Positions 1-11,000 of a DNA stretch of 64,000 nucleotides are shown piece by piece. How positions within the stretch are numbered: the stretch's first letter is position 1; each line of letters opens with the position of its first letter. Position numbers and translations under genes: made by a program. This stretch comes from a virus (taxonomy: Duplodnaviria; Heunggongvirae; Uroviricota; Caudoviricetes), in the IMG/VR virus record IMGVR_UViG_3300006149_000003; one strand, written 5' to 3'. Under the pieces are notes generated by a model that saw nothing but the letters and a program-made list of their open reading frames with translations, was not told where the DNA came from and did not search any database.

Positions 1-282
1 CTCATACGGCAGGTTTAGCCGATCTATCTTGAAATTTCTTTGCTCTTCATAAATCTCCCCAACAAGCATGGCGTACTTACTACCGTCTTTGGCGCACTCT
101 CGCATCTGGCGGTAATAATCCACACCATCTTGATAGCCGACAACTTCAATTTGGTCGGTGATCAGTAAAGGAGCAAGAGCTTTTACCCCAACGCCCAAAA
201 TTGTGAAGCCGACCAGCGCTACAAGAAAGAGCACCGTTATCTTTTTCACCGGCACAAGGCCGGATCGTCGTTTGTTATTCAT
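1..282 (-). CDS. membrane-anchored hypothetical protein, partial (runs off window start)
   Basis: ATG at 282 on minus strand (MNNKRRSGLVPVKKITVLFLVALVGF...), N-terminal hydrophobic helix; no stop before position 1. Confidence 0.4.
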   Translation of the reverse strand, partial: MNNKRRSGLVPVKKITVLFLVALVGFTILGVGVKALAPLLITDQIEVVGYQDGVDYYRQMRECAKDGSKYAMLVGEIYEEQRNFKIDRLNLPYE

Positions 283-365
283 ATTCTTTCCCTCACATTC
301 TTTGATTTTATTCGTTATTTACTGAAAGAAATAAAGCAGTTCGCTTTCTGAATAAAACCAGTCTT

Positions 366-581
366 TCATATGCCCTGAACGCTTATTTCAACATCGTACA
401 ATTTGAAGAGTTCAGGTTCGTCACATTTTTGGATTTCGGCATTTGCTTCCTCAATCGTTTCAAATAGTTGAGCATCCTCAGCGTCCTCACTGACTTCGCC
501 GCTTTTCATTAAAAACACTGTAGGGCGCTCTTTTGTTCCGATTGCAAACCTGCGATACTTTATGTCCATTTTTACCTCCAT
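366..581 (-). CDS. hypothetical small acidic protein
   Basis: 71-aa ORF in the co-directional minus-strand gene train. Confidence 0.3.
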   Translation of the reverse strand: MEVKMDIKYRRFAIGTKERPTVFLMKSGEVSEDAEDAQLFETIEEANAEIQKCDEPELFKLYDVEISVQGI

Positions 582-590
582 CGTGGAATG

Positions 591-929
591 TTATTGTTTT
601 GTAGTATCTTCTGGTGGCTTCGGCAGAGGCATCCAATGCGTAACACATCCCTTATTTAATAGCTTAGTTGAGTTAAGAGCCGTTTTGATTCTCCACCGTG
701 GTTCATTCTCATAGCTTATCCTGAAACACGCCCCAACGAATATTGCTTTGTTTTTACACAGAATAAGTACCAAATCATCCTCAACTGGCAGTCTTTCATT
801 TACAGCTATCCAGCCATCGTTAGACGTGATTTCAATGGTAGGTGCGTCTCGTATCCACTCTTTACAGTAAATATCACGATCAGATGATCCAAGCGCATCC
901 TCTAAAGCGTCTGCATCAATCAATCTCAT
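591..929 (-). CDS. hypothetical protein
   Basis: 112-aa ORF, tightly packed with neighbours. Confidence 0.35.
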   Translation of the reverse strand: MRLIDADALEDALGSSDRDIYCKEWIRDAPTIEITSNDGWIAVNERLPVEDDLVLILCKNKAIFVGACFRISYENEPRWRIKTALNSTKLLNKGCVTHWMPLPKPPEDTTKQ

Positions 930-948
930 TTCCGCATTTCTCCATGTT

Positions 949-1281
949 CTAATAATCGCTGGCTTGTTGTCTTGCCAGATGGTCGTTGATATAATCGCAA
1001 ATCTCGCAGTAGTTCTTCATAGCGGATCTCAACTGCTCCTGCTTTTCTGCTGGAAGTGTAGATGCCGTCTTGCCCAGCAACATGGTCATGTGGTCGAGCG
1101 GAACAACGGCTTCACTTTGCAAACTGGAAAGATTACAAGACGGAAACACATCATAGGGGCGATCCATCCACTCGTGAAACCATGCCTCTTTCTCAGGATT
1201 GAGCGGAATCCCCATAAGACCAAGTAGTGTGGCCTCGAAGAGAGGACGGGGTAGTTTGATAAGATATTCATATACGGTCAT
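949..1281 (-). CDS. hypothetical protein
   Basis: 110-aa ORF; antisense ORFs on plus strand rejected. Confidence 0.35.
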   Translation of the reverse strand: MTVYEYLIKLPRPLFEATLLGLMGIPLNPEKEAWFHEWMDRPYDVFPSCNLSSLQSEAVVPLDHMTMLLGKTASTLPAEKQEQLRSAMKNYCEICDYINDHLARQQASDY

Positions 1282-1285
1282 ATCA

Positions 1286-1630
1286 TCACCTCAATGTAAA
1301 CCCAAATGTTTGGTATCCAAGGCTAACACCTTTCCATTCTGGCTTGAGCTTTGCTTTCAGCTCGCTTGCGACACCTTTGCACATAGCTTTCGTATCGCCA
1401 AACACTTCATATTCACATAGGAACGTCTTATCTTCAGATAATCCAAAGCCTACATAAATGTTTAGTGTGTTCGCCCATGCAATTATGCTGTCGATAGCAG
1501 CCTTATGTGTTTTACAGTAAGCATTACTGTCAGCAACATTCTTTTCGAGCAACCAGGAACCACGTACAAACTGCTTCTTTGCCATTTGCTTACCTCGTTC
1601 CTGTAGAGCCAATACCGCCGCGATCTTCAT
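1286..1630 (-). CDS. hypothetical protein
   Basis: 114-aa ORF, overlaps next gene by 40 nt. Confidence 0.35.
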   Translation of the reverse strand: MKIAAVLALQERGKQMAKKQFVRGSWLLEKNVADSNAYCKTHKAAIDSIIAWANTLNIYVGFGLSEDKTFLCEYEVFGDTKAMCKGVASELKAKLKPEWKGVSLGYQTFGFTLR

Positions 1631-2246
1631 TACCCAGCGTTTCTACGGCTTCAAAAGAGATCTGAGGCTGGTGCTCCACAATGCGGAACTGACAAATGCG
1701 GTCGCCAACCTTGATTGAGGTATCACGCATAGCAATGGCCGGGAAATACCATTGATCGTTGTCTCCACAATAACTTTCATCCACCATCCCCATGTGGTTG
1801 GCCTGAATAACACCGAAATTTTTGAAAGTTGAGCTGCGGGGAATGATGTGCGCCTCATATCCCTTGGGGAGCTGCATCGCCACACCCAGCGAAATCAACT
1901 TAAAGTCGCCGGCTTTCAGATCCACATTTTCAGCGGCCCGTAAATCAATCCAATCAGACTTGCTGGCGATATAGTCCAATTTCTCAATTTTATCGCTTAG
2001 GTATTTGACCTTGATTGTCTGTCCGATAGGCTGTTCGGGTTGTCCAGGCATTTTTGCTCCCTCAGCAATGAGATAGAGAGCGTGAAAGCAGTTATCGCAT
2101 AGATGGATTTCCTTACGTTCTACAGTGGGATTCGTAAGAACAGTCCCATAATCATAACTGGTATTCAACGTGAACTCCCGCATTTTTTGATCATGCGGAT
2201 GCTGAATGACTTTTCCGCAGGCATCACATACATGAACCATCGACAT
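1590..2246 (-). CDS. dut: dUTP diphosphatase with N-terminal CxxC...CxxC zinc-ribbon extension
   Basis: C-terminal dUTPase motif V ([13 protein letters not shown]) and upstream beta-barrel motifs; N-terminal CDACGK...CDNCF ribbon. Confidence 0.75.
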   Translation of the reverse strand: MSMVHVCDACGKVIQHPHDQKMREFTLNTSYDYGTVLTNPTVERKEIHLCDNCFHALYLIAEGAKMPGQPEQPIGQTIKVKYLSDKIEKLDYIASKSDWIDLRAAENVDLKAGDFKLISLGVAMQLPKGYEAHIIPRSSTFKNFGVIQANHMGMVDESYCGDNDQWYFPAIAMRDTSIKVGDRICQFRIVEHQPQISFEAVETLGNEDRGGIGSTGTR

Positions 2247-2249
2247 ATC

Positions 2250-2831
2250 TTAACCCTCCGTTTTCTTTGAATTGAGCTTACTTAAAATGTCGGTTACTAA
2301 CACATCGTACCCTTCGATATCACCACTATAATGCCGACAGGCGACACCGTGGCCTACAAGAAATTCATGAAGATCACGAGAAAGCGCATCACTCTCTGCT
2401 TCAGTCTGGAAACGACCAGCACCGTTATAAGGTTTAGTGCGATTGATAAAGACATTCATAGAGTCGTATGACTCAGAAACCTTTGTGACCAACCGATCGA
2501 ACTCCTCACCCAGAACAGGATCGTTGGCGTAGAACGGAGACAGCAGGATGGGGGAGTCAGTAATAACCACATCCACCTTGTCTTGAACGCGACTGATGCG
2601 GAAATATTGCTTACCAAAGATGTACGCCTGATTCTGGAAAACAGCTTTACTTTCCTCCCACACCTTATCCTTAGCAAATTCCGTTACCAACTCAGCATTG
2701 ATTCCACGCATTTTCAGCTGAGAAAAGACATAAGCTGCTCCGGTGGATTTACCCGCTCCAGGAGCGCCATATAAATTAACGATAAGCATTTTCATCACCC
2801 TTTCTGTTTTTGTGCTGGCTCTTTTAGCCAT
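2250..2831 (-). CDS. P-loop NTPase / nucleotide kinase-like protein
   Basis: Walker A GAPGAGKST near N-terminus, 193 aa, within nucleotide-metabolism cluster. Confidence 0.5.
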   Translation of the reverse strand: MAKRASTKTERVMKMLIVNLYGAPGAGKSTGAAYVFSQLKMRGINAELVTEFAKDKVWEESKAVFQNQAYIFGKQYFRISRVQDKVDVVITDSPILLSPFYANDPVLGEEFDRLVTKVSESYDSMNVFINRTKPYNGAGRFQTEAESDALSRDLHEFLVGHGVACRHYSGDIEGYDVLVTDILSKLNSKKTEG

Positions 2832-3163
2832 GCAATAAATTCGTCCACCAGCTCCGCTACTCGGCTTTCATCCCACTCCACAAAGTCGTCAAAGCTCATT
2901 GTGCCGATAGCAAATGCTTCTTTTACCCTGGTCAAATCGAAGATATAACTGTCACCACAACTCGCCCACTGGCAGAAATACTCAATTAAAGTTTCCCGCA
3001 GTTTATCCTCTTCCAGAGTTACAAGTGTTTCCGCATTGGTTTGGGGGTCGAAATCCACACCTACCCTATCCCGATAAACAGAGCAGCGCGATCCTCGATA
3101 CATAGTGTCACATTCCTTAACAGGGCAGACTGCACAACCGGTCAAAGGTCTATCTCTTTGCAT
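2795..3163 (-). CDS. hypothetical Cys-containing protein
   Basis: 122-aa ORF. Confidence 0.3.
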   Translation of the reverse strand: MQRDRPLTGCAVCPVKECDTMYRGSRCSVYRDRVGVDFDPQTNAETLVTLEEDKLRETLIEYFCQWASCGDSYIFDLTRVKEAFAIGTMSFDDFVEWDESRVAELVDEFIAWLKEPAQKQKG

Positions 3164-3172
3164 ATTGCTACC

Positions 3173-3496
3173 TCATTCACACCGAACGAAGTGTACGGTA
3201 TTAAAACGCTGACCAGGGATTTCTTTCAGTACAATATGGGAAATCCAGCCACCTACATTGAGGCTTTCTACCTCATAAACTTCTCCCTCAGTCAGAAATT
3301 GATGCGCCTGTTTGGAATCTCCACTCATGCCGGCGTCCAGATCAACAGCCCTGACTTTGCAGCCGCGCTCACAATACAAAACATCAGTTTGATCTGCTGC
3401 ACATTTACTGCACAACCATTTTTGACTGTAATCCAGGGTTGCACCGTTCAGCAGTTTCCCGCACTTAGAACAACGAAACTCCAACTTTCCATTCAT
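3173..3496 (-). CDS. zinc-ribbon protein
   Basis: CSKCGK...CSKCA and CERGC motifs. Confidence 0.35.
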   Translation of the reverse strand: MNGKLEFRCSKCGKLLNGATLDYSQKWLCSKCAADQTDVLYCERGCKVRAVDLDAGMSGDSKQAHQFLTEGEVYEVESLNVGGWISHIVLKEIPGQRFNTVHFVRCE

Positions 3497-3684
3497 TTCA
3501 AATCATCCTCCTTGATGTATAAACCGCAATGACACATACCACTTTCCATTTCACGAAACTCCTTGCACATACATTTCGTATCTTCACTTTTTAGCAGAGA
3601 GCACGGACAATAGCCTGAGTTTTCTTTGAGTTGTCTTCTAATCTCTTTTACATATTTCTGATCAGGATTCAAACGTATTTTCAT
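3493..3684 (-). CDS. small cysteine-rich protein
   Basis: 63 aa with CPC...CMC...CHC. Confidence 0.3.
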   Translation of the reverse strand: MKIRLNPDQKYVKEIRRQLKENSGYCPCSLLKSEDTKCMCKEFREMESGMCHCGLYIKEDDLK

Positions 3685-4163
3685 TATGAAATCCTTTCTG
3701 CATATTGGTTGTCACTTGCCAGTGTTGTTCCCAGTACAGTGTCATACTTCCTGGATTGATTAGGAATGTAACGTCCAAATTTAATGATAACATTCGGAAA
3801 GTTAGCTAATGAATTAAGCCATCCTTTTTCTGTACATTCATCTCTGGTATATCCTGTGTAGATTACAAAATCGTCGCTGCTTTCATTACGAAACCTACAT
3901 AATAACTCTAACAAAGAATCAAAGGTGTCCATAGGTTCCATACCACCACAAACAATAGCTTTGCTGATAGGGTTGGAAATATAGCGTTGGATAATGTCTT
4001 CGACCCCCACCTTAATTATAGGAGAATGGGCAAGGTTGCTGTTCTGGCAACAGCAAACCTTGGCCTCCTTCTCACATTTGAAAGTGCAGTAGGGAAAGAT
4101 GATAAACATGGACGGTTTTTTGTAATTGACGAAATCTTCGTCCACCAATCCTTTAATCAGCAA
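3684..4163 (-). CDS. nrdG: anaerobic ribonucleoside-triphosphate reductase activating protein (radical SAM)
   Basis: Cys cluster FPYCTFKCEKEAKVCCCQN near N-terminus, about 160 aa, immediately downstream of nrdD. Confidence 0.7.
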   Translation of the reverse strand: MLIKGLVDEDFVNYKKPSMFIIFPYCTFKCEKEAKVCCCQNSNLAHSPIIKVGVEDIIQRYISNPISKAIVCGGMEPMDTFDSLLELLCRFRNESSDDFVIYTGYTRDECTEKGWLNSLANFPNVIIKFGRYIPNQSRKYDTVLGTTLASDNQYAERIS

Positions 4164-6066
4164 CTTTTTCCCACTCCCTCATCTGATACTCTGCCTTACG
4201 TTCCTTAGAATAGGTTGTGATAGGAACATAAAATCCTACAATACGGGTGTATTCTGTTGCAACAGGTTCCCCGCATTCAGGACAAACCTTGCCGAAAAAT
4301 GCGTGGTTGTTTTTACAAACCTGGATTTTTGTGTTAAACGCAAAGTAAGTCACACCTTGATCAGCAATGTAGTTAAGCATATCCCATGCTTGCTCGAAGG
4401 TGTTGAACGGAGCTTCAATATTGACATGAAGAATACTGCCGCCGTTGCAGAATCCGTCAAACATGGAAGCGATACGAATACGCTCTTGCATAGTGGTCTT
4501 AATCCCAAGAGGAATGAATTGATTGCCATAGAGGGGCAAATCGGTCACGGTGGCATCGGGATAGAAGAAGAGATCCTTCTTCATCAGTTTGGCAGCTGCA
4601 GTTTCACCAGGAATTTGTTCACAGTTGATTTGATAATCAACTGCCTTTGCGAACTCAGCCTTGGTATTGTGAATCACTTCAAAGATTTTTTTGCCAAATC
4701 TCTCTGCATTCTCAGTGTAATACGTATTGCCAAGAGTATCCTTGCGGACATAGCCAAAGGTTTTCATCGTTTCGTAGATACCGATAAAACCAATGGTGTT
4801 GTAAAGATGCTCAAAATCTACAATACCAAGAGAGAAGTTACGGAGCAGCCCTTTATCCACGTTTCGTTTGATGATATTTCGGACGCAATCAAGCACTTTT
4901 AGATTTAGTACGACCATTTCTTTAAGTGCTACCAAATACTCGTCCTCTGTTTTATTCTCCAAAGCCAGACGAGCCAAATTGATGGTACTAACTTTAACGG
5001 AGCCAACCTTGAGCGCAGTGCCACCGATAGAGTTAAAGTAACCTAAGTCCTCAATGTTGTTTTTCAAACGGCAGCAGTTAGATAAACTGGTGACAGAATC
5101 GTCGATAAATAGATTGCTGTCGTTCCACTTTATATTGTGAGCACAAGCATATTTAGCAAAATCTTCGTCCACGAACTTTCCGTCAACGCGAAGTAGAGAA
5201 ATGGAGTTGACAGGAAATGTCATCATGTTCTTGGAACGAATCTTTGCCATGGTTTCAAGAAATACTTTCTGGAACTCCATGATCCCGTCAATTTCGTCAA
5301 TCATAAAAGAACCGTCAGGAAACTCTGCTCCGCCGAACAGAGCTTCTAAATAAGGTCTGTCGAAGATACTGGTGTTAGTAAATGCAGACTGGATACCACC
5401 ACGAAGGAACGGCTGGTTTAATGCGTAAATCAAGCGCTGAATCTCCTGTTGGGCAGCTCGATTGCAGTCTGTATACAGATTTTCGGCGCAATCCTTCTTC
5501 CAGAAGTAGTACATATAGGGAATCAGGTTGGGCAGGCCAACAGCTCCAGAACTACGGTTACACGTCCAGCTAACAAACTCCTTGACAAAATCCACGAATG
5601 TTTCAAGATGCTGGGGCGGCTCGGCGTTGAAGTTTTCAATAAAATACAGCCCACGTTCTGCCAGACTCTTCAAGTCATATGCAAAGCAGTAATGGACAAA
5701 TGTGGAGGTATTTGCGTCATGAAGGTACAAATGACCATCCCATTCACAGCGTAACCACTCATTCGCCACTCTGAATCCATACTTTTTGTTGATCTCGTAG
5801 TAAATCTTATTGAATGCCAATAGTTTCTGATGTGGCTTAGGCATTTCGTTGATCAAAGTGACAATATCTTTTTGACCGACATTGGCGTTGCCGTCTACTG
5901 AAGCATCAGCCACAGTGTCCGAATCAATAAAGTTGTCAATAAAGTCGGTATAGCTTAACTGACCGGTAGAGAAGCCGTTGATTTTTGCCATTTCTTCTCC
6001 ATAGTCATTCTGCATTCTGTTGTATGCGTTAATAAAATTCTTTTTTAGCTCGATGTTGATGTTCAT
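4153..6066 (-). CDS. nrdD: anaerobic ribonucleoside-triphosphate reductase
   Basis: 637 aa; C-terminal Zn ribbon (CKNNH...CPECG) followed by glycyl-radical motif TRIVGFYVP. Confidence 0.9.
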   Translation of the reverse strand: MNINIELKKNFINAYNRMQNDYGEEMAKINGFSTGQLSYTDFIDNFIDSDTVADASVDGNANVGQKDIVTLINEMPKPHQKLLAFNKIYYEINKKYGFRVANEWLRCEWDGHLYLHDANTSTFVHYCFAYDLKSLAERGLYFIENFNAEPPQHLETFVDFVKEFVSWTCNRSSGAVGLPNLIPYMYYFWKKDCAENLYTDCNRAAQQEIQRLIYALNQPFLRGGIQSAFTNTSIFDRPYLEALFGGAEFPDGSFMIDEIDGIMEFQKVFLETMAKIRSKNMMTFPVNSISLLRVDGKFVDEDFAKYACAHNIKWNDSNLFIDDSVTSLSNCCRLKNNIEDLGYFNSIGGTALKVGSVKVSTINLARLALENKTEDEYLVALKEMVVLNLKVLDCVRNIIKRNVDKGLLRNFSLGIVDFEHLYNTIGFIGIYETMKTFGYVRKDTLGNTYYTENAERFGKKIFEVIHNTKAEFAKAVDYQINCEQIPGETAAAKLMKKDLFFYPDATVTDLPLYGNQFIPLGIKTTMQERIRIASMFDGFCNGGSILHVNIEAPFNTFEQAWDMLNYIADQGVTYFAFNTKIQVCKNNHAFFGKVCPECGEPVATEYTRIVGFYVPITTYSKERKAEYQMREWEKVAD

Positions 6067-6272
6067 TCTGCACTCTCCTGTTTATTAACCCAGTCATTTG
6101 CATCCGCAAACTCAAGGAGCCTACTTCCAATTTTTAGAACTGGCACCTGAGTAATCCCAAGTCCCAACATCTCCTCGACAGAGTTATTTTCTTGGTAAAC
6201 GATTCCTTTTTGCTCCAATTTCTTTTTCAGAATCGAGCACTTCGGGCATCCTGTTGAAAAAAGAACAATCAT
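6063..6272 (-). CDS. glutaredoxin/NrdH-like redoxin
   Basis: 69 aa, N-terminal GCPKC active-site motif, thioredoxin-fold length. Confidence 0.6.
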   Translation of the reverse strand: MIVLFSTGCPKCSILKKKLEQKGIVYQENNSVEEMLGLGITQVPVLKIGSRLLEFADANDWVNKQESAE

Positions 6273-7366
6273 TCAATCTTCCTTCTTTCTGCATACTGCT
6301 GTACTAAGGCGTCAACATCATCCCATGTTTCCGCACGATGAATGTCGTATTTCTCCACATCCAGACCACAATTATGCGGACGGTTAAACAGGATTTTGAA
6401 GTAGTCGCCGTTGACAAGATTGTGGATACCGTCGTCGATCAGAATGTCGCCATGCACCATCTGCTTATTTGAGGCCAAGATGATATGCTCCCAATCGAGG
6501 AACGGGAACATCTGCAAAATTCGTTCTACTTTTACCTTGCAAGTGCGGTAGTCTGAGGCAGTCACCATATAAAGCTGGTGTCCTTGGTCATACCATTTCT
6601 GGAGAACACACTGGCTACCAGGCATAGGTTCCAGTCTGTGCCACAGTTCATCGTCCAACAAAACGCCAAATACTTGCTGTTTTGTCAGAGTGGGGAATGC
6701 TATCGTCATATCCCAATCCTTAACATCCTCAAAGGCAACCGATGTGCCATACCGCTCATTCAGCAGATCAACCCAGCAGTTCAGCAAATTTTCCGCCACA
6801 TCATCGGCGTCAAAAAGGATCGTCAGAGGTGTAGGCGGTGATTCCAATTCTGTGATAAGAATGGCAACCGTAACACGCAGCTTATCCAAATCCTCATCGT
6901 TTTGGATGACGTAATCAAAGTGGTAGTCATCCAACGCTGTTTCAGATTTGTGAGCTTGCTGCTCCGGTGTCAGCGGGGAGACGAAATTGGGACGTACCAC
7001 CCTCACCAAAACCGTATCAATGCCACTGTATTTGAACAACTCGTATTCATTCGGGAAACGGCAGTCAGGCAAAATCACATAGTCCCATTCGTCTTGGAAC
7101 ATGGAAAAGAAGTTGACAATGAAATCGGCCCAGTAGTTAGGGGATTTTGCTCGAATCACATCGGTTCCGACATATTGGAGAATGTGCCGACCACGCTCGT
7201 CTTTCTGCCCATCCCAACCGAAATAGGTCTTGCAGATGTATTTGAGGAGGTCTGCAAAATGAGCAATTATGACGTTCTTGCCATTTTTCTCCAACATCTC
7301 TTTCAACATAGTGGCGGTAGTGTCCTTGCCATGCTGCGCTTTGCCGGAAATGCAAATCACTTTCAT
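6269..7366 (-). CDS. deoxynucleoside monophosphate kinase (T4 gp1-like) fused to 5'(3')-deoxyribonucleotidase-like HAD domain
   Basis: N-terminal ISGKAQHGKDTTA like T4 gp1 SGxxxSGKDT; C-terminal half begins ILFDADDVAENLL (DxD HAD motif I of NT5C family). Confidence 0.6.
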   Translation of the reverse strand: MKVICISGKAQHGKDTTATMLKEMLEKNGKNVIIAHFADLLKYICKTYFGWDGQKDERGRHILQYVGTDVIRAKSPNYWADFIVNFFSMFQDEWDYVILPDCRFPNEYELFKYSGIDTVLVRVVRPNFVSPLTPEQQAHKSETALDDYHFDYVIQNDEDLDKLRVTVAILITELESPPTPLTILFDADDVAENLLNCWVDLLNERYGTSVAFEDVKDWDMTIAFPTLTKQQVFGVLLDDELWHRLEPMPGSQCVLQKWYDQGHQLYMVTASDYRTCKVKVERILQMFPFLDWEHIILASNKQMVHGDILIDDGIHNLVNGDYFKILFNRPHNCGLDVEKYDIHRAETWDDVDALVQQYAERRKIE

Positions 7367-7992
7367 GCGGCCACCTCAATATCATCAAAGAGCACAGGAA
7401 TCAACCGCTGGAACTCTTGAAGGAGAGAAATTGCAACCTCACGCATTTGCGGATGCGCTGCCAGCGAAGTCCGGAGCTTAAAGAAATGCCGCCACTCACG
7501 GATATTGGCTGTCATAACTACCTCAGTTTTGAGACTGTTAGGGAGAACACTACGGGCTTCTTGGGGAGAACAGCCGAGATCCAGCATCCTAAAATAGAAG
7601 AACTCTGCGTTTTTCATAGCAGACTCCCATGCTACCCATTGCGGAGTGTCATGCTCCAAGAAACAAGGCTCAATAACAGTAATCTCGTTTCCAAAACCAT
7701 CCTTAGAGTAGTTGCAGTAACGGGTACTTTCCTGGCAATACGCCGCCAGCCGATTACGTACAATCTCATGGGATACGCCACGATCAACGATGAACTTAAC
7801 TCGAATGGATTCATGCTCCAGCACCGCCTCATGACCACGCTTGATAATCCCAGCAACAAATTTCTCGGCGCTGCCGTCTGTGATCTTGTCTTCGGATTTG
7901 TAGCAGACTCGTCCGGCCTGCTCAATGGATTTCAAAATCTCTGCCCCATTGGCAGGCGAAAGGATATGAAATCCCGCTTTGATAATCTTCAT
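7363..7992 (-). CDS. thyX: flavin-dependent thymidylate synthase
   Basis: ThyX signature VLEHESIRVKFIVDRGVSHEIVRNRLAAYCQESTRY (RHR-family motif with S), 209 aa. Confidence 0.8.
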   Translation of the reverse strand: MKIIKAGFHILSPANGAEILKSIEQAGRVCYKSEDKITDGSAEKFVAGIIKRGHEAVLEHESIRVKFIVDRGVSHEIVRNRLAAYCQESTRYCNYSKDGFGNEITVIEPCFLEHDTPQWVAWESAMKNAEFFYFRMLDLGCSPQEARSVLPNSLKTEVVMTANIREWRHFFKLRTSLAAHPQMREVAISLLQEFQRLIPVLFDDIEVAA

Positions 7993-8040
7993 ACTCGTTC
8001 CTCCTTGATTTTATTCGTTGCTTTGATATATTGAATACGG

Positions 8041-11000
8041 CTAAATTACATAGTCGTAACCAATCAGATACCAGTATCCAGAGCGCTCTTGCCTTACATC
8101 GCTGGCGTAGATTACATCAAGACGCTTCAATGGCCTCTTTTCAAAGAGTCTGCTACGTACCGTCAGTCTGGAGGTTTTACCACTCCCAATAGATCTTGTT
8201 TGGAGCGCATATCCCCAGATTTCTTTACTTGCCTTGCTCTTCAGTGGAAATACTTCCAAAATGATAAGTTTGCGTCGGTCTTCTTTTTTGTCCGTTGTCA
8301 AATCAATATAGCCCAGGTTCTCCATCTGGTCTTGCATTTTGCTTTTTAGGTCAAAGTCCGGAATGTGCATATCTCTTACCACACCCTCCAGATGGAGAAG
8401 CAACCCTGGCATATCTGTAAAAGTGTAGCTTTTCGCCTCTGCTCCATTTTTTGAAAGTCCAGTAGCATATTGAGCAACGATAGGTTCCAGATTTGGCGTC
8501 AACTTCTCTTTGAGGACTTTTTTCATAGTGCCATTTTTGAAGAAAGAAAACAGATCTACCATCCGCAATAATTCTTTGGCGTTGCCATATTCGATAAAGT
8601 AGTCGATCTTGATTAAGATGTCCCGCTGCCGCGTATCCAGATGTGTTTTTTCATTCATCAGTTGTAGTAGCTCCATAAAGGATTTGGGTTTTCCAGTCTC
8701 AGCCAAAGCATACAACTCGTTGGCAACATCTGCATTCATATATTTCACAGAGCTAATCCCCTTGGCAATGACCTTCTCTTCTTTATTGAGTAAGTATTTG
8801 TCCTTGGAGAGTCCAAAGCGCGGTGGAACAATTTTGATCCCGTATAAAAGCGCCAGCTCATTACCGTTTTTTACATCTTCATCGTTGTTGGCGTTGTTAA
8901 GGTAGGCTGTGATGAACTCATACGGATGGTAGTAGCGCAGATACGCACAGAGATATCCGATCATGCAGTAGCCAACTGAATGGTTATAACCGAACATATA
9001 GCTGGAAGCGTCACTGATAATTTGCAGAAACTCTTTTGCCTCCTGCTCTGCAACTTCTCTTGGCTGAGGGGATTTACTACAATATCCGTTCAGAATGTTG
9101 GGCAGTTCCTTCTCCAAGTCCTCTGGCACCTTCCGAGCAATCATCCTTCGCGTGTTATCTGCATCAGAGCCAGAATAACCACAAATCTGTTGTAGAAACT
9201 TGATAACATCCTCTTGGTAGATTAGATAGCCATTGTTGTCCGCCAGAAGTTCATCAATAATTGGGGAGGGGTTTTTGTGTGGCTTATGCTGCATAAGATC
9301 GTCACGGTAAGAAGCACCAGAAGGACGAAGTGCTGCCGTTACAAGACTCATATCAAAAATGCTATGAGGCGCATACTGCTTGAGCATTTGGAAAGCAAAG
9401 TCTCCTTCAAACTGGAAGATACCGATAGGGGAACGCAACATATCTTTCCAAACTGCCTCATCATCCCAGTTGATTTCGTGAGACTTAGGATAAGGTTTTC
9501 CCAGCAGTTCATAGGCATCCTTGATGATCTCGATATTCTTCAGCCCTAAGATATCGTACTTGACCAGGCTGACTTCATGCACGCACTCCATGTCAATCTG
9601 CAAGATCTCTTTGCCCTCTGAAATGAAAGTGCCATAATTATCTCGGAGTGTAATAGGACTTGCCACAATGCCGGCAGGGTGCATGGATTGCGAGATTGCC
9701 ACATCAAGCAGACCGTCATAGTAGTAAAAGACATCTGAATACTTTTTACGTACTTCAGCAGTCTCATCTCTCATGATTTGTTTAGCTTCTTCTTTACTCT
9801 TGCCCTCTGCTAAACTAAGTGCTCGCTGTTCTGCCGCGCTATATTCATCTTTGATTGTGGCGTTAATTTTGCCAACCCAAGGATTCTTTGCAAATATCCT
9901 TTCGTTTTCCTTTTTCAAGTGATCCAGCTCTTTGATAAGCTGCTGTGCCAGCTGATCGTTTCCTTGTTCTTTAGCCTCTGCGATCTGCTGCTTGATCTCT
10001 TTCAAATTGTGTTGGTGCTCTTTGTTCCACATAACGCCCAAGGCTCGGCATATCTCGTCAATGCACCCTTTAGATTTGATAGTGCCAATAGCAAGGATGA
10101 ATGCGGTTCGGTCTTGTCCAAACCGATTGATAATATAGTCATACACCTGATCGCGCTGAGACGGAGATACGTCGATATCAATATCGCCAATCTCTTTACG
10201 ATCCTCGTTACAAAAACGACTGAACACCGTATGCCACTTTTCAGGGTTCAAATCGGTTGTGTTGGTAACATAAGCAACACGGGAGCCACCGCACGAACCA
10301 CGGTTCGGCCCAATCGGAATACCATTCTCCTTGCACCACGTCACCATTTCGCCCATGAACAGCATAAAACCTGACATATCAATCTTTTCAAAGACCCGCA
10401 ACTCCTCCTCAATAGCTTCTCGGAATGGCGCTATCTGCTCTGGGGTAATTGCGCCATCAGCAATCTTTGCTTGAAAATTGCGTTCAATCGTTTCATGTAG
10501 CACTTGTTTATCACGATCTCCGTACAGCGGGGGATATTTGAAAGAGATATCCAATTCAAAGGGTTCTACGGAATCAGCCATGCGATTGGTGTTTTCGATT
10601 GCTTCAAGATAGAGTGTTGCAGGAATAGCATCCTGTTTGGCAAACATTGCAACCAGCTCATCATAGCTTTTGTAGGTGAGGTCAAAACTGTCCTCGTCTG
10701 CAAACTCGATATGTTTCGCCAGCTGAAGAATGCTCCGACACTCAGCTTTGTATTTGTCAATACTGTGCGTGTCAGTACCAGCAATCAAAGGGATGTTATA
10801 GCGCTGGGACAAATCGGCCAAATGGCGGTTATAAGCGATTTGCTCTGGATGATCATGCGCCTGGATTTCCAAATAGTCATAGTGCCGCAGTAACCGCTCG
10901 TACATAGGGTGGGTAATGCTCATCTTATTGAGCGGAGAAGCAAGACAAGCACTGATTTTGATAACATTATTGGAGAGGCTAAGAAACTCCTCAAACGTAA

